Position numbers and translations under genes: made by a program. Shown here piece after piece: positions 57,277-64,000 of a stretch of 64,000 nt of DNA. Source of the stretch: Planctomycetota bacterium (GTDB lineage Bacteria; Planctomycetota; PLA2; JAEUHO01); assembly GCA_965222115.1 (NCBI GenBank), contig CBDCTJ010000007.1, positions 2,560,001 through 2,624,000 of the forward strand, written 5' to 3'. The notes below the pieces were generated by a model. It was given only the letters and a program-made list of their open reading frames with translations. It was not told the DNA's origin and did no database searches. How positions within the stretch are numbered: position 1 is the stretch's first letter; each line of letters opens with the position of its first letter.

Positions 57277-59124
57277 TTGCCTGATTCGTCCACCGCCGCA
57301 TCAAATGCAACGCAGTCCGATGATTCAGCCGCTACAGCGCCAAGTGGGCCAGCGCCTCACAAACATGAGATCCTGAAAGACAGCAAGCACGGCGGCTTGG
57401 GAGAGTTGGCTTCGACCGCCATCTGCGGGAACGACATTACGTCGTCGTGTCTCTATGTTTCGGGGTTGGCCGTCATTGCGGCGGGGCCATGGGCACCGGT
57501 GGCACTACTCCTCGTGGCCGTCTTGCTATGGATGTTCCGCAAGATTTACGCCGAAGTTGTTGGCGCTCTGCCACTCAATGGTGGCGCCTACAATGCCTTG
57601 CTCAACACCACGAGCAAGTCACGCGCATCGGTGGCCGCGTGCCTGACGATACTTTCGTATATGGCGACGGCCGTTATCTCTGGTATCGAGGCCGTCCACT
57701 ACATCGGCCACCTCGTGAATGGACTCGATCACACGGTCACGCTGTGGGCCACCGTTGGTGTGTTGGCATTCTTTATGATGCTGACCATCGTAGGCATCTC
57801 CGAATCGGCTGTGGCCGCGATTGCTATCTTTTTGTTTCATATCTTCTCATTGCTCTTGTTGCTTGGGGTTGGGATCGTCTTCCTCTCGTCAAATGGCCTG
57901 GGCAATCTCATGGAGAACTTGTCGGCGCCAGCACCGGGGGGCATCGGGAAGGCCCTGTTTTTCGGGTTTTGCGTTTCGCTACTGGGGATTTCGGGCTTTG
58001 AAAGCTCATCGAACTTTGTGGAAGAGCAGGCGGATGGGGTGTTTCCGAAGACGCTGCGCAATATGTGGATGGCGGTCTCATTCTTCAATCCGGTGATGGC
58101 ACTGCTTGTGCTTGCCGTAATTCCCATGGCGGCCGTGGAGCCAAACAAGGGCGCGCTGCTTGCGCACATTGGTCATGAAACCGGTGGCGCGTGGCTCTCA
58201 ACGCTCATCAGCATCGACGCCGCCCTCGTGCTCTGTGGTGCCGTGCTTACGAGCTTTGTCGGCGTGAGCGGGCTTGTCCGACGCATGACGCTGGATCGTT
58301 GCTTACCTCAATTCCTTCTCAAGACCAACCGCAAGGGCACCACCCATCGCATCTTGATCGGGTTCTTCCTGCTCACCGCATCGGTGTTGTTTATCACGCA
58401 GGGCAATCTGGATGCGTTGGCCGGCGTGTATACGATTTCATTCCTTTCCGTGATGGCACTCTTTGCGTTGGGCAACATTCTGCTCAAGGTCAAACGCGAT
58501 CGATTGCCGCGACCGGTTCGTGCCGGGTGGATCACGGTGTTGGTGGCCATGGCTGGCGTGATTGTGGGCATTATTGGCAATGCGACGCGCAACCCCGAGT
58601 ACTTTGGCATATTTCTTCAGTACTTCATTCCTGCCATGCTCGTGATCACCCTCATGTTGGCGCGCGTGCCCGTGCTGAAGGCCGCTTTGTTTGCTACCAA
58701 GGGCATGATGGAACGTGTTCGAACACCGCTCGCGAAGTTTGCCGGATCGCTCGAGCAGCACATCGAGCACATTAACTCACAGCAGTTCGTGTTCTTTACG
58801 CGCGGGGACAACCTCGCCAATCTCAATCGCGCCGTGCTGTATGTGCGCCGAAACGAACACACCAATCGCATGAAGATTGTGACGGTGCTTCGGCCCGGCG
58901 AGCATGTTCACGAACGATTGACGCAGAACATCGACTTCTTGGATGAGGCGTATCCCGACGTCGTCATCGAGTTTGTGACCCTGGAAGGTAAATTTGGGCC
59001 CGAACTCGTGCAGGATCTCTCGCGCAAGTGGAACGTGCCCACCAATTTCATGTTCATCGGCTCGCCGGGCGATGGCTTCATGTATGGCCTCGCCGAACTG
59101 GGCGGGGTGCGTCTGATCATCTGA
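57277..59124 (+). CDS. APC family amino acid permease with C-terminal cytoplasmic domain
   Basis: TAICGNDITSSCLY, LPLNGGAYNALLN, GISGFESSSNFVEEQ, about 12 TM segments, C-terminal PTNFMFIG. Confidence 0.9.
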   Translation: MPDSSTAASNATQSDDSAATAPSGPAPHKHEILKDSKHGGLGELASTAICGNDITSSCLYVSGLAVIAAGPWAPVALLLVAVLLWMFRKIYAEVVGALPLNGGAYNALLNTTSKSRASVAACLTILSYMATAVISGIEAVHYIGHLVNGLDHTVTLWATVGVLAFFMMLTIVGISESAVAAIAIFLFHIFSLLLLLGVGIVFLSSNGLGNLMENLSAPAPGGIGKALFFGFCVSLLGISGFESSSNFVEEQADGVFPKTLRNMWMAVSFFNPVMALLVLAVIPMAAVEPNKGALLAHIGHETGGAWLSTLISIDAALVLCGAVLTSFVGVSGLVRRMTLDRCLPQFLLKTNRKGTTHRILIGFFLLTASVLFITQGNLDALAGVYTISFLSVMALFALGNILLKVKRDRLPRPVRAGWITVLVAMAGVIVGIIGNATRNPEYFGIFLQYFIPAMLVITLMLARVPVLKAALFATKGMMERVRTPLAKFAGSLEQHIEHINSQQFVFFTRGDNLANLNRAVLYVRRNEHTNRMKIVTVLRPGEHVHERLTQNIDFLDEAYPDVVIEFVTLEGKFGPELVQDLSRKWNVPTNFMFIGSPGDGFMYGLAELGGVRLII

Positions 59125-59217
59125 CGACTGCGCCATCGATTCACCTCGATGCGGACCGCGAGTATCCTCATCCCTCGTCAAAGCGGTTGACGCGCGCAGG
59201 TTGCGCAGGAGGTATGT

Positions 59218-60372
59218 GTGTCCTATTCCTTCCAGAATGCCAAGACGTGGTTTCGAAAGAGCTTTTCTTGGCTCATGAATGAACTCGATGATGAGGCGCA
59301 GCAGCTACTCCTCATGTCGCTTGAGCCGATGTACCTCGACGCGGGGGAAGCTCTTTGCCGGTTTGGCGAATACCACGATGCCCTCATTTTTGCTCCGCTA
59401 GGAAAGTTGGACGTGAGCAAATCGGCGAGCCGCAAAGCGAAGGCTCCTACGATCATGCTTCAGCCTGGTACGGGTGTTCTGGTGGGAGACTTGGGTGCGG
59501 TTCGCCCCGGTAAGGCATCTGCCACGGTCAAGGTTGGCAAGTCCATGCCGCTGTTTCGCCTCCGCTACGACAAGCTGCGCTGGCTCGTGGACTCGGACCA
59601 TCCCGAAATCGCGGGACAGATCTACTTGCGCCTTGGCAAACAAATCGCGTTGCGGTTGGCGCGCGCTTCGGCGGTTCGCTTTGAGAGAAATGAAAATGAA
59701 GAGGGGGAACTCATGTTCCCCAGTGCTATGGCGATTCGTGACGGGATCGAAGACGCGTATCGAAACGTCCGGATACGAATTCCTCGGAGCCATTCGGGCG
59801 ATACGTTGTCTTCCATCGAGGCGAAGAACACGAGTGAGACCTTGCTAAAGCGCATGCTCGAAGAAAAGGAACTCTGGCCACTTGGGTACAAGCGTGGTGA
59901 TGTGCCGCATGACGTGGAAGAGCGCGGCGCGACCGATACGCCGGAAGACATGGGCAAACAGTCAATTGGATTCTTGTCGCGCGCGGCGGAGCTGTTGTCG
60001 TACCAAAACGCATCAATCGTTTCTCAGGGCGATCCAAGCGACGCGGTGTTCTACATCATTGAAGGCGAGTGCGGACTTTCGGTGGAAGGAGATAAGGACG
60101 CCGATTTCGAGATTCAGAAGCCCATGGGACCCGGGCGGCTGTTTGGTCAGGTGGGGTTCTTTCTCAATGACGAGCGCACCGCGACGGTGCGGGGATCCTG
60201 TCGGGTGGCCGTGTTTCACGTGGCGTTAATCAATATGGTCATGAGTGCGGGCATCACAGGTACTCGCGTCGGAAGCCACTTCCTTCGCTGGATGGCCGCG
60301 GAGATTGCCGACGATGCCCGCGAGTTGAATCGCCGCATCTGGGAGGCGTTTCAGCAGCACGAGCGAGGGTAG
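59218..60372 (+). CDS. Tandem cyclic nucleotide-binding domain protein without output domain
   Basis: AGGAGG RBS; two CNB-like units (AGEALCRFGE...VGDLG...ASATV; IVSQGD...FYIIEG...FGQVGF...RTATV). Confidence 0.78.
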   Translation: MSYSFQNAKTWFRKSFSWLMNELDDEAQQLLLMSLEPMYLDAGEALCRFGEYHDALIFAPLGKLDVSKSASRKAKAPTIMLQPGTGVLVGDLGAVRPGKASATVKVGKSMPLFRLRYDKLRWLVDSDHPEIAGQIYLRLGKQIALRLARASAVRFERNENEEGELMFPSAMAIRDGIEDAYRNVRIRIPRSHSGDTLSSIEAKNTSETLLKRMLEEKELWPLGYKRGDVPHDVEERGATDTPEDMGKQSIGFLSRAAELLSYQNASIVSQGDPSDAVFYIIEGECGLSVEGDKDADFEIQKPMGPGRLFGQVGFFLNDERTATVRGSCRVAVFHVALINMVMSAGITGTRVGSHFLRWMAAEIADDARELNRRIWEAFQQHERG

Positions 60373-60522
60373 GGCGCGCGTTCCAGTTGCAAGGAACTGT
60401 CGCTTGGTCGAATTGGTGGAATCCGTGAGGTACCCGAGGCAGGATTGGCGTACTAGCTAGTGGACGGAGATCGCAACGCTGGCATGAACGCGGCGAGCGG
60501 CGTCCCGAATGGAGAATGGATC

Positions 60523-62100
60523 ATGATCCGCGCACGTTCACTCGGGAAAGGCGATTGGGCACTCGGGAAAGGCAATTGGGCACTCGGCCGAGTCAATTGG
60601 GTTGCGTTGCTGGTGTACACGATGCTTGTGTTTGCGCTCGCATCGTGCGGTGGCGATACGGATTCGTCGGTTCGTCACGGTGATCAGGCTGCTCGCTCCA
60701 ATCAGGAGCCGGTTGACCACGGAGACCCGGACAATACTGATCCATCCGATCCTGACGATAGCCAGCCGGCGGGATGGACACCTCGAGGCGGCGGCGAGGA
60801 TCCGTTTGGTGACGACCTATTGGATGACGACGTTGGCGTCGCCAGCCCCACGAGCGCCGCTGTACCGCCAAGTCTTGTGCCACCGGGGAAGAACCCCGAC
60901 GCGGTCGATGTCACCGTCTACTACGCCACGAGTCGTGCGCGCGGTGGGTTTTCCCTCAACGCCTACAAGCGACAGTTGTGGATCGGTGGAGCCTTACTCC
61001 TTTTCGCCGCTTTGATGTCCTTCTTTGGGCCCCGGTGGTTTCGCGGACGTTGGAAGTTTTCGCCCGCCTCGCTCAGAACCGTTACGTGGCTTTTGTTGCT
61101 CGCCGGCGCATTGTGGCAGGTCCATGAGATTTATGGCGACTACCAACGCGACAAACGGTGGGGCTTCATCTACACCGGTGACCGTCGCGTGGCGAATGCC
61201 GGGGAAGATCGCTATACATCTGACCTCGGCCAAGTCACGGTGTCGGTACCCTTACGTCGTGAACGTGGCACCATGCACACCGAGCGCTGGTGGAAGGGCG
61301 AGTTCATTCCCGATCCCGTAAAGCACTTCGTTCTCACCGACATCGATCCCCAGGCGGAAGGTGAGTACTTTCAACACGTGCGTGGTCGTGTGACGTCTGA
61401 TCCCGATAAGAGCGCATTCGTGTTTATTCACGGCTACAACACGACCTTTGAGCGTGCGGCGCTTCGAACCGCGCAGATTGCACATGATCTGCAATTCAAG
61501 GGCGCGCCAATTTTCTACAGTTGGCCCTCCGACGCGATCAAGACCGCCTATTTTGTAGACCGTGACGACGCGGAATGGGGCAGTGGCCACTTGCGCGAGT
61601 TCTTGAAGAATCTGAAAACGAAGTCGGGCGCGGAGATTATCCACCTCGTCGCACACAGCATGGGTACGCGGTGTCTCTGCAAAGCACTGCGGGATCTTGA
61701 GCCCATGGGTGATGGCCCCGACTTTCAGTCAATCATTCTCGCGGCACCCGACTTAGACGCCGACGCGTTTGAAAACGAAATCGCCCCACGCATCGGTAAG
61801 CGTGCTCACATGGTTACGCTCTACGCAAGTGCCAATGACGAAATGATCAAGCTCTCCTCCGAGTTCAATGGCAACCGACGGGTGGGGGATGCGACCTACC
61901 TCGCGCACTACAAGGGTTACTCCTCCGTCGATGCGATCGACGTATCGGGCATCTCTCAGGGTCACTCGTATATGGGCAATAACGGACGCGTCCTCTCGGA
62001 TGTCCGTGCGCAACTGATTCAGCGGCTCCCGGCGAAAATGCGCCCGGGCCTGCGCTGGGTCAACGAGCCACCTCATTGGATCCTTGAAGATCTTCGGTAA
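60523..62100 (+). CDS. DUF900-like alpha/beta hydrolase, membrane-associated
   Basis: VYYATSR, FVFIHGYN, YSWPS, LVAHSMG nucleophile elbow, LAAPD.D, YAS.ND, GHSY; LASC lipobox-like N-terminus and two internal TM segments. Confidence 0.87.
   Translation: MIRARSLGKGDWALGKGNWALGRVNWVALLVYTMLVFALASCGGDTDSSVRHGDQAARSNQEPVDHGDPDNTDPSDPDDSQPAGWTPRGGGEDPFGDDLLDDDVGVASPTSAAVPPSLVPPGKNPDAVDVTVYYATSRARGGFSLNAYKRQLWIGGALLLFAALMSFFGPRWFRGRWKFSPASLRTVTWLLLLAGALWQVHEIYGDYQRDKRWGFIYTGDRRVANAGEDRYTSDLGQVTVSVPLRRERGTMHTERWWKGEFIPDPVKHFVLTDIDPQAEGEYFQHVRGRVTSDPDKSAFVFIHGYNTTFERAALRTAQIAHDLQFKGAPIFYSWPSDAIKTAYFVDRDDAEWGSGHLREFLKNLKTKSGAEIIHLVAHSMGTRCLCKALRDLEPMGDGPDFQSIILAAPDLDADAFENEIAPRIGKRAHMVTLYASANDEMIKLSSEFNGNRRVGDATYLAHYKGYSSVDAIDVSGISQGHSYMGNNGRVLSDVRAQLIQRLPAKMRPGLRWVNEPPHWILEDLR
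60539..60601 (+). repeat. 21-bp tandem repeat x3 in the N-terminal coding region
   Basis: CACTCGGGAAAGGCGATTGGG / CACTCGGGAAAGGCAATTGGG / CACTCGGCCGAGTCAATTGGG, encoding LGKGDWA-like heptads. Confidence 0.9.
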
Positions 62101-62732
62101 TCGGAACTCAATTCACTTCTACGCTTGCGTCGAACTCATGCCCATTCATGTCCCATTGGTCGTGACCCTCACATTTCACGAATAGCACGCCAAGTAGCAG
62201 TGTCCGTTTGTTGGGGCATTCTCAATTCGTTCACACTCCTAATGGAGCGTGACTCACGCTCCTTTCTTCATAGTTATCTTCAATGAGGGGGTCAATTAGA
62301 CCGCTTCGTGTAGAATTCATGACTCGTGCATCGCAAATCGTCCCCAATTTGGGACCATCTCGACCACTATTGTCGCTTTTTTCATCATTTGCACTTAGGT
62401 AGGTCTTGATCCTGTTAGTCACTCAGCTAGTGTGTTCAATCCGTTGAACGCAGCCGGTCGCGAAGCGCAATTTCTCAAACATTTTGAGCGATGCCCACGG
62501 CCAGTAGGTTCATCGTAATTGCCTGTAAATAGGAGGTTTACGCCAAATTTATCGCGTCGTGGTGCAGTGGGCACTACGCGTGCGTATTGGCGGGCGAAGC
62601 CGGTTTTCTGCGTGCAATTTGCCAACGACCTAACGTTGAGAAATACGTGACGTTGAGGCACACGCGCGTAGGTGGAGGTAGGCAGAGGAGCCCCACCCGT
62701 CCGGCGTCGTGAATCAACTGGAGTTTTCACCC

Positions 62733-64000
62733 ATGTTCAAACGGTTCTTCATCCCCGCGCTATTGCTCATAGCGTTGGTGCCGTTTTGCGGTGTGATTCA
62801 GGATGCGTTGGCAACGCCACCGTCCTGGGATCCCGCAGGCGCAGGATTTCAGGGTCTTCCCGACAACGACGACGACAGCGCTCGTTTCATGGTCCTTTCA
62901 GGACCGGCCAACAATTCGTTGGTTGGTACCGAAAACGGGCCCGGCGAAACGTTCGTTCAGCTTGTCTTTACGCCAGCGTCCGATAGCGACCCCATTCGGG
63001 TTGGCATTTTCGACGCGAATGGTATTGGCGTATGGGATCAGCGTGCGTTCGGCATCTTCCTGAACAAGGCGCCCAATATTCGCTATCGTCTCTATGCCGA
63101 CCCGGCGGGCGATGCGCTATCGCTTCTTCAGGATGGCGTGGCCGCCAACGATCCTTCGGCATTGGTCACGACGAACTCCGAGACCGACTACGACCCCGAT
63201 GCCACAACGGACAATGCGTGGGTTTCGTTTTTCGATCAGCCCGCGTCGGCCGTGCCCGCCGCACAGTCTGCCAATGGCTCGTACCGCTTCTTGATGCGGA
63301 TCTCCATGACGCCTGCTGCAGGATCATTCGCCTTGCAGGGGCCCGAGCGTGCCGGTCACAAGATTGCGTTTAACGGTACATACATCCTTCCCGGTGGAAC
63401 CGTGTTTGGCTTTGCCGGTGGTGCAGTGGATGAGCGCACCATTGTGGGTACCGAGAATCAGGCGATTCACGACACGCGTGATCCCAACACCTATCTCACC
63501 AAGTCGAGTGCGCCGGTTCCGGTTCAGAACGCAGGTACGCCCTACTTGTTCAACGGTGTGTTTGACTTCCACTTCCGCTCGTCCAACGCGTGCGAAGACG
63601 ACCTCGTCTTCAGCGAGGCCGATGCGGACTATCAGACGCCCACCACCGCGGGCCAGACCAAGGCCAACCCGCTTGTCGAGCCGGCCCTCGTCGGTATTCC
63701 TCCCGACAACGTGCCCTATTACTTGCGACCCGGCGACACGTTCAACTTCCGTGACGTTAGTGCCTTCCTGATTACGGATGACATTGGGAATGGCCCCCGC
63801 CCCGTACGTTGGTCGATTTACCCCGTTGCCGACATCACCACGCCCCCCGATGGTGCCAATACACCGGCTGCGCCGCAGTTCACCGACGTGGCCAACGCGC
63901 CCAGCAATCACGCGTCGATTACAGCAGCCAAGCAGGCTGGAACCTTCCAAGCCAGCACCATGCCCAAGGAGGATATCCTTGCGAACCCGGGCTTTTACCG
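62733..64000 (+). CDS. Large secreted hypothetical protein (partial, runs off the right edge; absent from the ORF track)
   Basis: ATG 62733 after GGAG; MFKRFFIPALLLIALVPFCGVIQDALA signal peptide; frame open to the window end; D/T/A/P/G-rich and beta-rich. Confidence 0.85.
   Translation, partial: MFKRFFIPALLLIALVPFCGVIQDALATPPSWDPAGAGFQGLPDNDDDSARFMVLSGPANNSLVGTENGPGETFVQLVFTPASDSDPIRVGIFDANGIGVWDQRAFGIFLNKAPNIRYRLYADPAGDALSLLQDGVAANDPSALVTTNSETDYDPDATTDNAWVSFFDQPASAVPAAQSANGSYRFLMRISMTPAAGSFALQGPERAGHKIAFNGTYILPGGTVFGFAGGAVDERTIVGTENQAIHDTRDPNTYLTKSSAPVPVQNAGTPYLFNGVFDFHFRSSNACEDDLVFSEADADYQTPTTAGQTKANPLVEPALVGIPPDNVPYYLRPGDTFNFRDVSAFLITDDIGNGPRPVRWSIYPVADITTPPDGANTPAAPQFTDVANAPSNHASITAAKQAGTFQASTMPKEDILANPGFY

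Overview
GC-rich (about 60% by eye), gene-dense bacterial chromosomal segment. The gene repertoire (Ser/Thr kinase-ECF sigma pair, MoxR-VWA-DUF58 operon, CGGGG-type lipoproteins, FG-GAP proteins) suggests a Planctomycetota-like organism; this is inference. Left to right: partial M48 peptidase, ABC-F ATPase, kinase plus ECF sigma factor, sdaA, HI0933-type flavoprotein, HD-GYP protein with partner, an 8-gene minus-strand MoxR/VWA operon, PPK2, GT4, HerA-like ATPase, phnDCE-like transporter, several secreted beta-propeller proteins, tRNA-Ala(GGC), a YtrA-type GntR/ABC operon, polyprenyl synthetase, a TlpA-like thioredoxin beside a Cys-rich lipoprotein, APC permease, tandem cNMP-binding protein, DUF900-like hydrolase and a partial large secreted protein. 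Main result: two genes that the ORF track splits are single reading frames interrupted only by in-frame TGA codons, each followed by a SECIS-like hairpin. One is a membrane-anchored protein directly upstream of moxR with three TGAs (C-U-P-N-C and GT-U-x7-U). The other is a secreted FG-GAP protein with a W-U-C motif. TGA works as an ordinary stop elsewhere in the window, so these are best read as candidate selenoproteins. No selA/selB/selC/selD genes are visible in the window. No integrase, transposase, prophage or CRISPR array was seen.
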